Notes under the pieces: generated by a model
Database searches by the model: none
Told to the model about the DNA's origin: nothing
Seen by the model: the letters and a program-made list of their open reading frames with translations, nothing else
Origin: an uncultured bacterium
Lineage (GTDB): Bacteria > Omnitrophota > Omnitrophia > Omnitrophales > Abzuiibacteriaceae
DNA length: 64,000 nt
Direction of reading: 5' to 3'
NCBI GenBank assembly: GCA_964387845.1
Contig: CAYLXA010000007.1
Coordinates: 32,001-96,000 of the forward strand
Translations under genes and position numbers: made by a program
In this document: in pieces, positions 46,385 through 55,328 of the stretch
Position numbering within the stretch: position 1 is the first letter of the stretch
Layout: every line of letters begins with the position of its first letter

Positions 46385-46560
46385 TTAATAGTCAAAGTAT
46401 AAGCAGTTTTAGGAATAGCGTCAACAACAATTTTTCACTTTTTTAAGGGCTGATAACAGATAAAAATGGGTCCCGGTGGGAGGAAAATAAACACAAAAAT
46501 CCCCTGGAGAGATATGAGTCCTATTCGGAAAAACTTAGATTGAAGTGAGGAAAGAAACGC

Positions 46561-47265
46561 TTATGCTGCAGCGTAGAGAATGCGCGAACATTGTTCGCAG
46601 ATTACGACTTTATCGCGCATTTTGATTTCGTTGAGGAGTTGAGGACGTAACTGCATTTGGCATGCGGGGCAAACTTCGCCTTCGACTTTCACGAGCGCGA
46701 CGCCCTGCTTCTTGCTGACAATCTTTTCATAAAGCGACGCGATATCGGGATTCACCTGCTTCATCAATTCTTTTTTCTGTGCGCTTAATTCTTCGATTTT
46801 CTTTTTCGCGTCGTTCATTTGCGATTCGACCACCGCTTTTTTGGTCTGCACTTGCTTTTCAATTTCTTTCAGCCGTTCCTGCTCGACTTTGATCCTTTGC
46901 TGACATTCAGTCACCTGATCCATCAGCTTGATAATTTCCTCTTCGAGCATGGAGTTGTCCGCTTTGATTGCAGAAATTTCGGTTTGCAGTGAAGAATATT
47001 CTTTGTTGGTTTTGACTTGCGTCAACTGGACTTCATATTTTTGGATTGAACTTTCTTTTGTGGCCAAATCGCCTTCTTTTTGCTTCTGCTTCAGCTGCGC
47101 GTTTTTAAACTCAAGTTCAAGCGCCTTCAAATGCGCCTTCTCGGCATCCAGGCCTGCTTCCAGAACCTGGATTTGTTGCGGCGATTCAAAGAGAACGGAC
47201 CGGTGGGTATAAATCTGCAAATCAATGGCCTGAACTTGCTCAAGTGTCGGAATATCGTTAATCAT
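46561..47265 (-). CDS. COG1579-type coiled-coil protein with C-terminal C4 zinc ribbon
   Basis: 234 aa. Long coiled coil, then CPACQMQL...CEQCSRIL. Confidence 0.6.
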   Translation of the reverse strand: MINDIPTLEQVQAIDLQIYTHRSVLFESPQQIQVLEAGLDAEKAHLKALELEFKNAQLKQKQKEGDLATKESSIQKYEVQLTQVKTNKEYSSLQTEISAIKADNSMLEEEIIKLMDQVTECQQRIKVEQERLKEIEKQVQTKKAVVESQMNDAKKKIEELSAQKKELMKQVNPDIASLYEKIVSKKQGVALVKVEGEVCPACQMQLRPQLLNEIKMRDKVVICEQCSRILYAAA

Positions 47266-47377
47266 GGGTTGTATAAGACTTTTTAACTGTCAGTCTTAGC
47301 GGATAGTATAAAGGAGCGGGCAGGATAACGACAAGGAATTTTTAGACATGCGGAAAAGCGGTATTAAGAGATAGAGC

Positions 47378-47962
47378 CTAGTTTGATTCGCGCAATTTGC
47401 GCAGCTCTGCCCCGAATTGTGTGAATTCCGAGATTTCCTTGGGGCTGAGAGGGTTAATGGACGGCGCGGACCGCTCGCGATCTTGCGATCCGGACACTTC
47501 CTGGGCCGATATTGACGGATTTGAGTGTTTGTGAAAGTCCCGCACCAAAATAATATCCCGGTCGGCACTTCTCGAAATTGAAACATGATAAAGCTTGCAA
47601 TCGAGCTTTAAGAAGCCGAGTTTGGAAGTAAAAGATTCATGAAACTGGGCACCAAATAAATGAACGCCGATTTCTGAATGTCCTCCGTTGTGGCCGTTGC
47701 CGGATTTCGAAGCTCCGAGCCCGGAAAGGGTTTGCAAAAGATCGAGAATAAAATTTTGGTCAATCATTTGATGACTTAGCGCAAAGACTGACTGTGCCTT
47801 GCCGCAAGTATGGAGCTGGGCTGCGATATTCTGAGCCGGGAACGGAAGGTATGCAATAAACCGGCTCTCGGGAAGAACGAATTGAACAAGCTGACTTAGA
47901 ATGCCGTGCGCTTGAGATTCGCTCTCGGAGCGCGGCTGCCAATGCGTGTTGATTGGATTCAT
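47378..47962 (-). CDS. hypothetical protein (partner 2 of the ParA-CBM48 locus)
   Basis: 194 aa. No recognisable family. Start overlaps the upstream gene's stop by 4 nt (translational coupling). Confidence 0.35.
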   Translation of the reverse strand: MNPINTHWQPRSESESQAHGILSQLVQFVLPESRFIAYLPFPAQNIAAQLHTCGKAQSVFALSHQMIDQNFILDLLQTLSGLGASKSGNGHNGGHSEIGVHLFGAQFHESFTSKLGFLKLDCKLYHVSISRSADRDIILVRDFHKHSNPSISAQEVSGSQDRERSAPSINPLSPKEISEFTQFGAELRKLRESN

Positions 47963-48780
47963 AGCGAATGATGCAGTGAGTCTTGGCGCAACATTCGCGC
48001 CAATATCTTTTTCGACGGCTCCCAGAGTGACACGGTTTCCGGCCCGCCCAGAAAAAGATCCTCGTTAATACGGAGGTCGCTTCCCTCCATCCAGCCCATG
48101 AAACTAATTTCATGCGACATAAATTTGGAAGCGATCCGCGTGAATTTTTCGTATACCAGTTCAGAAATTTTTTCCGATGCCTTGCCGTCAACCAAAAGCA
48201 GAAAATGAAGCGACGGATTCCACTCCAGGCAAGCGCGAAAACTTTGATAGGCCGATACGAGACTGTCGGCTGAATCGGTTTTCACATGCAAAATGACATA
48301 ATCCAAAATTTGAAGCAAATTTTTCTCATATTCGAACATGGAGATAGGATCTATAAAAATTCCCATACTGCCTAAACGTTCGGTGTTTTGTCCCGCCTCG
48401 TGCCGATCAACCGGCTGAAGATGCAGTGCTTCCTGAATCTGAGCATCCGATAGAAACGCCTGCCGCACATTTGGGTGCTGAATACGCGTAATCGATGGCG
48501 AATATTGACCGATGGTCGCTAAATAGAGATCGCCAAATAATTGCCGAAACTTGGTCACAAATAAATGATGCGATAAAAGCTCTTCTTGGGATCCAAATGG
48601 CAGGATGCTCATACATCGAACCATATTTTCACCAGCTGCTCGCGGTGTCAGCAGTGCAGACGAGATCATGGCCGGAATATGCTGCGCAGGCGCGTGCGCA
48701 GAAGCTTCATGAGCCGAAAAAAGAGCCGGCGAAACGTCGTTGAGGCCTCTTTTTAACCTTTTTTCATCTGACATAAACAA
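47959..48780 (-). CDS. hypothetical protein (partner 1 of the ParA-CBM48 locus), possibly a degenerate P-loop-less MinD/FlhG-like fold
   Basis: 273 aa. The C-terminal half (VILHVKTDSADSLVSAYQSFRACLEWNPSLHFLLLVDGKASEK...ISFMGWM) loosely resembles MinD/FlhG switch regions, but there is no Walker A. Confidence 0.4.
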   Translation of the reverse strand: MFMSDEKRLKRGLNDVSPALFSAHEASAHAPAQHIPAMISSALLTPRAAGENMVRCMSILPFGSQEELLSHHLFVTKFRQLFGDLYLATIGQYSPSITRIQHPNVRQAFLSDAQIQEALHLQPVDRHEAGQNTERLGSMGIFIDPISMFEYEKNLLQILDYVILHVKTDSADSLVSAYQSFRACLEWNPSLHFLLLVDGKASEKISELVYEKFTRIASKFMSHEISFMGWMEGSDLRINEDLFLGGPETVSLWEPSKKILARMLRQDSLHHSL

Positions 48781-48801
48781 TCAGCTCCTGTTACTTAAGA
48801 T

Positions 48802-50046
48802 TTATAAAACACGGAGGACAGAATTTACGCCGCCGTAACGATTTTCTTCAAGCTCAGAATGAGTGGGATCCGTCTTCCATTCCCCGTCCACCAAAAATTT
48901 ATACCGGTAGGTGCCGGACGGCATCGAAATCACTTTCTGCCATGAATCCGGCATTCCTTCCGCCTTTGCCATGGCCTCGGGAACCCAGTGATTAAAATCG
49001 CCGGCAATTAATACTTCGCGCGCTTCTTTACTTTCATAGGAAAATAAAATACCGCCCAAAACGGGGCAAGGCGAGCCGGCATTTTGCGTTAATGTTTCAG
49101 TCTCGGATGCCTGTGTTTGCAACGCGGCCTGGCCTTCCGGAGCGCTCGATTCCCCTGCAGCCGGCTCAAGAACAGGCTCCGGCTCAGCCTTCGATAACTC
49201 TGAAAATGTTTCCCGAACCGCTTCGCCGTTGGCAGGTGCGCCCGGCTTTTCTCCGTTCACTTCCTCCGGCGCAATGGCAATGCGGATTCCGCGCTCAATG
49301 ACTTCAATCGCCAAATTCATATAATCCTGAAAACCGGTTGCTTTGCGGTCATAATCCACGATACTTTTTCCGGCAGCAGCCGCTTCTCTGAGCTTAATAT
49401 TTTCGCGGATATGATTCGTGAAGGTTTTTTCCTTGAAATGATGTTTCACCTCACCGAGAACTTCCTGAGCCAGCTTGATTCTCGATTCATAGCGTGTCAC
49501 CAGTGCATGAACTTCGACACTTTTTCCCGTAATTTGGCGGAGTGATTCAATCGTTTCGAATATCTTTGCCAGGCCATGCAATGAAAAAAATGAAGGTTCG
49601 ATCGGAATAATGACTTCGCCGGATGCGCGGAGGGCATTAAAAGTTAAAATGCCCAAATTCGGCGGGCAATCGATAATGACAAACTCGTAATTGGAAGTAA
49701 TCTGATTGAGTTGATTGAGCAGCTTATTTTCTCTGCCCGGCACACCGGCCAGCTCCTGCTCGATAACGCTCAAAACCACATGGGAAGGAACTAGATGAAG
49801 GAAAGTGCTCACGTTTACCAGCGCTTCGGAAATACCGGACGCTTGGTCGGATGATTTCAACAAATCATACGCCGTTCTGCTCAAGGATTCGGCCTTCACG
49901 CCAAGCCCGCAGGTAGCATGGCCTTGCGGATCCAAATCGATCAGCAGAACGCGCTTCTGTACAAATGCCAATGCAGCCGCCAAATTAATCGCGGTGGTGG
50001 TCTTACCGCAGCCACCCTTCTGATTGGCGATGGCGATTACTCTCAT
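48802..50046 (-). CDS. ParA/Soj-type P-loop ATPase fused to a C-terminal AMPK-beta/CBM48-like glycogen-binding domain
   Basis: 414 aa. Deviant Walker A IANQKGGCGKTTTAINLA and a ParA core of ~260 aa. A Pro/Glu/Ala-rich linker follows. Then GGILFSYESKEAREVLIAGDFNHWVP...SGTYRYKFLVDGEWKTDPTHSELEENRYGGVNSVL matches the AMPK1_CBM consensus. Confidence 0.8.
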   Translation of the reverse strand: MRVIAIANQKGGCGKTTTAINLAAALAFVQKRVLLIDLDPQGHATCGLGVKAESLSRTAYDLLKSSDQASGISEALVNVSTFLHLVPSHVVLSVIEQELAGVPGRENKLLNQLNQITSNYEFVIIDCPPNLGILTFNALRASGEVIIPIEPSFFSLHGLAKIFETIESLRQITGKSVEVHALVTRYESRIKLAQEVLGEVKHHFKEKTFTNHIRENIKLREAAAAGKSIVDYDRKATGFQDYMNLAIEVIERGIRIAIAPEEVNGEKPGAPANGEAVRETFSELSKAEPEPVLEPAAGESSAPEGQAALQTQASETETLTQNAGSPCPVLGGILFSYESKEAREVLIAGDFNHWVPEAMAKAEGMPDSWQKVISMPSGTYRYKFLVDGEWKTDPTHSELEENRYGGVNSVLRVL

Positions 50047-50171
50047 TCCAGCAACTCCCCAAAATAGATTTGATATGAATCTTATAATGATTCCAAAAGG
50101 AGCTCTTTGCTAAGATGAGACTGCACTTAATTATCGGTGAATCAGATGGGAAACTTTAAGGAGGAAAACAG

Positions 50172-51125
50172 CTAAAAACGGATGAGATTATCAATACTGA
50201 CAACACCAATCACTTCAAACTCCGAGTTAGTCACGGCCGCATAGGAGCTGTGTTTAGACTGGAGGAGCAGGATGGTTTTCTCGACTGACTGGTCTTCGGG
50301 AATAAAAAGAGGCGGCCTGAGGTAATTCTTAAGGCCTTCCTCCCCGTTTTCTTCAAACAGAACATCGAACACATGAATGATTCCGACCACGATCGCCGGA
50401 ATTTCTTCATACACCAACACCACTTGTTTCTTAGAGTTTCGCGCCAGCTCTTTAACATCTTTGACTTTTTTGATCAATTCCAAAGTCGGAAATTCCCGAA
50501 GCGGCGTCATCACTTCACCGACACTGACGTTATCCAGGCTCAAAATCGTGTGTACGAGCCGTTTTTCATATTCTTTTAGAACACCTTTTTGCGCACTCTC
50601 TTCAACGACATAGCGAAATTCGTCTTTGGTTACCAGCGGATTGCGCTTCACTTTAGAAAAAGTCATTAAATTCAAGACATCCATCAGCCATAAAATTGAG
50701 AATGAGAGCGGCGCAAGAACACCTTCAAGCCAGCGCAACACAAATGCAAAGCGGTAAATATAAATGTCCGCTTTAATCCGGCACAGATCCTTCGGAATAA
50801 TTTCACAAAAAATAATAAGCAATGGCGCCAGAATCAGCGTGATCACCAGCTCCGAACGGATATTGAAATGATAACTCAACAAATACGTCAAGATCGAGGT
50901 AATGGCAACATTCGTCAAATTATTGCCGATGAGGACGGTTGCCAAAAGCCGCTTCGGATCTTTCCGGTAGCGGTGAATAATTTTTGCCGCCGGATCGCCT
51001 GAATCGATCCGGTGCCGGAGTTTTAATTTGTTGCACGACAGAAAAGCCATTTCCGAACCGCTAAAAAAAGCGGACAAGATGAATAGAATCAAGAACAGGA
51101 TTAGAATGCTAACGGCTGTGATCAT
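50172..51125 (-). CDS. CNNM/DUF21 transmembrane domain protein with CBS pair (HlyC/CorC family, short form)
   Basis: 317 aa. DUF21 N-terminus (FFSGSEMAFLS) and CBS pair. Lacks a clear CorC_HlyC C-terminal domain. Confidence 0.75.
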   Translation of the reverse strand: MITAVSILILFLILFILSAFFSGSEMAFLSCNKLKLRHRIDSGDPAAKIIHRYRKDPKRLLATVLIGNNLTNVAITSILTYLLSYHFNIRSELVITLILAPLLIIFCEIIPKDLCRIKADIYIYRFAFVLRWLEGVLAPLSFSILWLMDVLNLMTFSKVKRNPLVTKDEFRYVVEESAQKGVLKEYEKRLVHTILSLDNVSVGEVMTPLREFPTLELIKKVKDVKELARNSKKQVVLVYEEIPAIVVGIIHVFDVLFEENGEEGLKNYLRPPLFIPEDQSVEKTILLLQSKHSSYAAVTNSEFEVIGVVSIDNLIRF

Positions 51126-52360
51126 CAGTTTTTCTTTCGAATCAGGACGCGTAAAATCCGCTGTTTTGTCACTTCTGTGATTTGAAATTCAAAACCTTCG
51201 AATGTAAACGATTCATGAGTTCTCGGAATCCGGCCGAGCCGTTCAAGAACCCAGCCGCCCAGCGTTTCGGAAACCTCCGATTTCAGGTGCAAACCAAGTT
51301 TTTCATTGAGATCGTGCAGGCTGACAAGCGCCTGAACCAAATGACCGCTCTCCAGTTTTTTAACAGAAGGCTCGGTTTTTGCGTATTCATCATAAAATTC
51401 GCCGAAAATTTCTTCCAAGATGTCCTCAACCGTGACAAGCCCCGCCGTTCCGCCATATTCATCCACGCAAATCGCAAATTCCTTCTTTGTGGAGCGAAAC
51501 TCTTCCAGCGCTTCATCGATCAGTTTTGTTTCCGGAATAAAAACAGGCTGCTGAATAAGCTCGCGGAGCCGGCCTGTGGTATCCAGCATGAATTCCTGAA
51601 CAGCAATGACACCGGTCACATGATCTAAATTACCTTCATAAACCGGAATATAGGTGTGGTGATACTTTTTGATTAACTCGACCAACGCCTCCCGGCCGTC
51701 TTCGATATTGAATGCAACCAAATCGGGCCTTGGGACCATGATTTGTTTAACGTGACGCTTTCCCAAATCAATCAAATGACGGATCATTTTTTCTTCCTCT
51801 CTCCGCAGAGCCCCTTCTTCCTCGCTGATTCTGACGAGTGCTTTTAGTTCATCTTCCGAAATTAAATCCGTTTGAGTTTTGTCCTTAATTAGAAAAGAAA
51901 GCACATAATTAGAAATCGTTCGAAAAACAATACGGAGCGGCAAAAATATTCTTGCGATAATATCCAGAGGGATAGCGCAAACCAGCGAAAACAACATGTC
52001 ATGCCGCGCTGCAAATACTTTCGGAATAATTTCGCCGAATATAATCAAGGTCAGTGAAAATAGAGCGATCGTCATGCCGACACCCTCTTCTCCAAATTGC
52101 GAAATCGCCAAAAGGGTTACAACTGATGCGGCGGCAACATTGACCAAATTGTTGCTGATTAAAATCGTAATCAACGTCCGGCGCGGTTCAGAAAGCAGCC
52201 TCTCGACCACTTTCCCGACTTTGGGATGCTGCTGCACGAGCCTGCGCCGCTCGATTTGACTGAGTGAAAAAAGTGCGGTTTCGGCACTTGAGAAAAATGC
52301 GGAAAGTAGGAATAGCGCTATGAGAATTGCGGAATGAGAAATAAGATCCAGGAAAGCCAT
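51125..52360 (-). CDS. CNNM/DUF21 - CBS - CorC_HlyC family protein (hemolysin-family / putative Mg/Co efflux)
   Basis: 411 aa. FFSSAETALFSL, CBS pair, C-terminal transporter-associated domain. Confidence 0.8.
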   Translation of the reverse strand: MAFLDLISHSAILIALFLLSAFFSSAETALFSLSQIERRRLVQQHPKVGKVVERLLSEPRRTLITILISNNLVNVAAASVVTLLAISQFGEEGVGMTIALFSLTLIIFGEIIPKVFAARHDMLFSLVCAIPLDIIARIFLPLRIVFRTISNYVLSFLIKDKTQTDLISEDELKALVRISEEEGALRREEEKMIRHLIDLGKRHVKQIMVPRPDLVAFNIEDGREALVELIKKYHHTYIPVYEGNLDHVTGVIAVQEFMLDTTGRLRELIQQPVFIPETKLIDEALEEFRSTKKEFAICVDEYGGTAGLVTVEDILEEIFGEFYDEYAKTEPSVKKLESGHLVQALVSLHDLNEKLGLHLKSEVSETLGGWVLERLGRIPRTHESFTFEGFEFQITEVTKQRILRVLIRKKN

Positions 52361-52929
52361 TATCGGTACAATCGGCGGCGCTCGATGATTTCAAGCGCGG
52401 GTTTTGGAATCAATGATTGAACAGGTTTGTTTTGCTTTATCATCTCGCGGATCCGGGTAGATGAAATATCAAGCGGTTGAAAATCCAAGAACTTAACTTC
52501 GGGCGGCAAGTTCATTTTTTCATAGCCCGGCCTTTTCGCGACCACAAAAGTGCATAATGAAAAAATAGTCTGTATTTCTTTCCATTGATCCAAACTTTTT
52601 CCCCAGTCGCCGCCCGTGATAAAGAAAAGCTCGTGCGGTTCGGGGTGAATCCTGCGCAATTCGCGAATCGTATCCACAGTATAGGAAACACCTTCCCGCT
52701 TGATCTCAATGTCGCTTACATCATACCCTAAATTCCGGACAGCGGCTTGGGTCATTTCCAAGCGTGCCGGCGCAGGCGTAATTTGGTTGGCTTTTAAACC
52801 GAGTGGCGGAATAAACGCGGGAACGAAAATGATTTTTTCAAGTTTTAATTGCGAGCGTGCAGCGCCCGCAAGAGCCAGATGGCCGCTGTGGATCGGATCG
52901 AATGTTCCGCCGAGAATGCCGATGCGCAT
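52360..52929 (-). CDS. nadD: nicotinate-nucleotide adenylyltransferase
   Basis: The start is probably MRIGILGGTFDPIHSGH (the (H/T)xGH motif). The track ORF adds 13 aa that would overlap proA. Confidence 0.85.
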   Translation of the reverse strand: MRIGILGGTFDPIHSGHLALAGAARSQLKLEKIIFVPAFIPPLGLKANQITPAPARLEMTQAAVRNLGYDVSDIEIKREGVSYTVDTIRELRRIHPEPHELFFITGGDWGKSLDQWKEIQTIFSLCTFVVAKRPGYEKMNLPPEVKFLDFQPLDISSTRIREMIKQNKPVQSLIPKPALEIIERRRLYR

Positions 52930-52936
52930 GAAAAAT

Positions 52937-54196
52937 TTATTTTCGTATTTGGCCGTTTCCTTGGACAATATATTTGTAAGACGTTAAACCTTCAAGGCCC
53001 ATAGGCCCGCGTGCGTGAATTTTTTCTGTTGAGATGCCGATTTCGGCGCCGAACCCGAATTCGTTTCCGTCTGAGAACCGCGTAGACGCATTCACCATCA
53101 CGGATGACGAATCCACAAGCGACACAAACTCACGCGCTGCTTTCTTATCTTTGGTGATAATCGCATCCGTGTGCGCAGAACCATATTGTTGAATATGCCG
53201 AATGGCTTCGCCCGTGTTTTTCACAACCCGAATCGCAAGAATCTTATCCAAATATTCCGCATACCAATCGGATTCAACCGCCCTTTTGGCATCCGGAACC
53301 AGCCGGCGCACGGCTTGATCGCCCCGGATTTCACAGCCCGCTTTACGGAGCATTGCGGCATAGGATGGTAAAAACTTTTTCGCGACTGCCTGGTGAACCA
53401 AAAGCGTCTCCATCGCATTACAGACGCCTGTCCGCTGTAATTTGGCATTGAATGCAATCGTCAGTGCTTTCTTCAAGTCGGCGGCTTTGTCCACATACAC
53501 ATGACAAACGCCTTTATCGTGCTTTACGACCGGAATTCTCGATTTAGACGCTACGCGCTTGATGAGCGACTCGCCGCCGCGCGGAATGACCAAATTGATA
53601 GACGTATTCAATTTTAAAAGAATATCGATGGCTTTCCGGTCCACAGTTTGTACAAACACGACACAATCCTGTGAAAGCCCGGCACGTTTAAGGGCGGCTT
53701 GATAAATCCGTACGATGGCTTGATTCGAATGAAACGCTTCCCGGCCTCCGCGCAAGATGACGGCATTGTTGCTTTTCAGGCAAAGTGACGCACATTCGGA
53801 TGTGACGTTGGGCCGTGATTCATAAATAATCAGAATAACGCCAAGCGGAACGCTGACTTTTGAGATCCGGAGCCCGTTCGGGCGCGACCAGCTTGAAAGC
53901 GTGCGGTTAATTGGATCCGGAAGTTTTGCAACTTCGCTAACGGCATCGGCCATTTTAAAAATCCGGCCGCGATTGAGCATGAGCCGGTCGATCATGGCAC
54001 CCGAAAGCTGATTGGCGCGTGCAAAGGCAAGGTCTTTTTGATTGGCGGCCTGGATTTGCTTCCAATTTTTCTTGAGCTGCTTGGCAATACCAATTAAAAC
54101 CCGGTTTTTAGTCTTTGTGTCTACCGTCGCCAAACTTTGGGAAGCATGTTTTGCTTTTTCAGCCAGCTGCTTCATTTGTGATTCTAATGTTTTCAT
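52937..54196 (-). CDS. proA: gamma-glutamyl phosphate reductase
   Basis: 419 aa. Aldehyde-dehydrogenase fold with catalytic Cys (GVCNAMETLLVH). Confidence 0.9.
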   Translation of the reverse strand: MKTLESQMKQLAEKAKHASQSLATVDTKTKNRVLIGIAKQLKKNWKQIQAANQKDLAFARANQLSGAMIDRLMLNRGRIFKMADAVSEVAKLPDPINRTLSSWSRPNGLRISKVSVPLGVILIIYESRPNVTSECASLCLKSNNAVILRGGREAFHSNQAIVRIYQAALKRAGLSQDCVVFVQTVDRKAIDILLKLNTSINLVIPRGGESLIKRVASKSRIPVVKHDKGVCHVYVDKAADLKKALTIAFNAKLQRTGVCNAMETLLVHQAVAKKFLPSYAAMLRKAGCEIRGDQAVRRLVPDAKRAVESDWYAEYLDKILAIRVVKNTGEAIRHIQQYGSAHTDAIITKDKKAAREFVSLVDSSSVMVNASTRFSDGNEFGFGAEIGISTEKIHARGPMGLEGLTSYKYIVQGNGQIRK

Positions 54197-54203
54197 AAAA
54201 AAA

Positions 54204-55325
54204 TCAGGTAATGACTAAATTATCGCGGTGGATGACTTCATCCGCGTGTTTATAACCTAAAATTGAAACAATCTCGGTTGTTTTTTTTCCGGCAATTTTC
54301 TTCAATTCTTCACTCGAATAATTCACAATGCCCCGCGCAAAAACCTTGCCGTCTCCTGACGAAACTTTGACCGAATCACCGGCTTTGAAATGGCCTGTTA
54401 CTTCACGGATGCCGCTTGCGAGCAGGCTTTTGCCGCCGTCTTTCAGAGCCGTATGAGCACCGGAATCAACCGAGAGATTTCCGTGCGCTTCCGTCAAATT
54501 GGTAACCCAATTTTTTTTGAAACCTTTCTTAGTGCCGGATGCCAGAAACAAAGTGCCGATCTCTTCTCCGTTCGTTAATTGCTCGATCGATCCTTTCACT
54601 TTGCCGTTCAAAACAGCGACTGCTATACCGTTTTTCATCGCTCGTTTTGCGACTTCCAATTTAGATTCCATGCCGCCGCGTGTGATGATTTTTTTCTCGT
54701 GCGAAAATACGTGCTGAAATAAAACATCCACCGCATCGGCCGTCAGGACTTCCGAAATAATTTTTTTACGGTCGCCGTCCATGTACAATCCGTCGACATC
54801 CGTCAGCAAGACCAGCATGTCGGCTTCGATTAATTCGGCTACGGAAACTGAAAGCGCGTCATTATCGCCAAACCGGATTTCTTCAGTGCTGACCGTATCG
54901 TTCTCGTTGACAACCGGAATCACGCCAAGGCGCAGCAGCGATTCAAATGTGTTCTTCATATTAAAGCAGCGTACGCGGTCCTGGAATCCATCACGCGTAA
55001 CCAGCACCTGCGCGGCATGATGGCCGAAAGAAGAAAACAATTCCTCGTAGCGCTTCATCAATTTGCCTTGGCCGGTTGCGGCATAGGCCTGAAGGAGCGG
55101 CAGCTCTTTTGGTTTGCGCTTCATTCTAAGAACGCTCATTCCGCAGCCGATGGCGCCGGAACTGACAATCACCAGTTCGTATCCTAATTTCACCAAACCC
55201 CTTAATTGATCCACGATCGCATCGAGCGGCGCAAGCGTGAAATTACCGTCGGAATCGGTCAAAACACTCGTTCCGATCTTGATTACAATCCGTTTTACTT
55301 TATCAAAATTAAAATCTTTCCGCAT
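54204..55325 (-). CDS. proB: glutamate 5-kinase with C-terminal PUA domain
   Basis: 373 aa. Amino-acid kinase fold (VIKIGTSVLT...VVSSGAIG) plus PUA. Confidence 0.9.
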   Translation of the reverse strand: MRKDFNFDKVKRIVIKIGTSVLTDSDGNFTLAPLDAIVDQLRGLVKLGYELVIVSSGAIGCGMSVLRMKRKPKELPLLQAYAATGQGKLMKRYEELFSSFGHHAAQVLVTRDGFQDRVRCFNMKNTFESLLRLGVIPVVNENDTVSTEEIRFGDNDALSVSVAELIEADMLVLLTDVDGLYMDGDRKKIISEVLTADAVDVLFQHVFSHEKKIITRGGMESKLEVAKRAMKNGIAVAVLNGKVKGSIEQLTNGEEIGTLFLASGTKKGFKKNWVTNLTEAHGNLSVDSGAHTALKDGGKSLLASGIREVTGHFKAGDSVKVSSGDGKVFARGIVNYSSEELKKIAGKKTTEIVSILGYKHADEVIHRDNLVIT

Positions 55326-55328
55326 ATT

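Noticed and set aside
46385-46560. MraZ-binding GTGGG direct repeats in the mraZ promoter
   Set aside because: Only a single GTGGG/CCCAC was seen, in CCCGGTGGGAGG, not the series of spaced repeats described for E. coli. This cannot be supported from the sequence alone.
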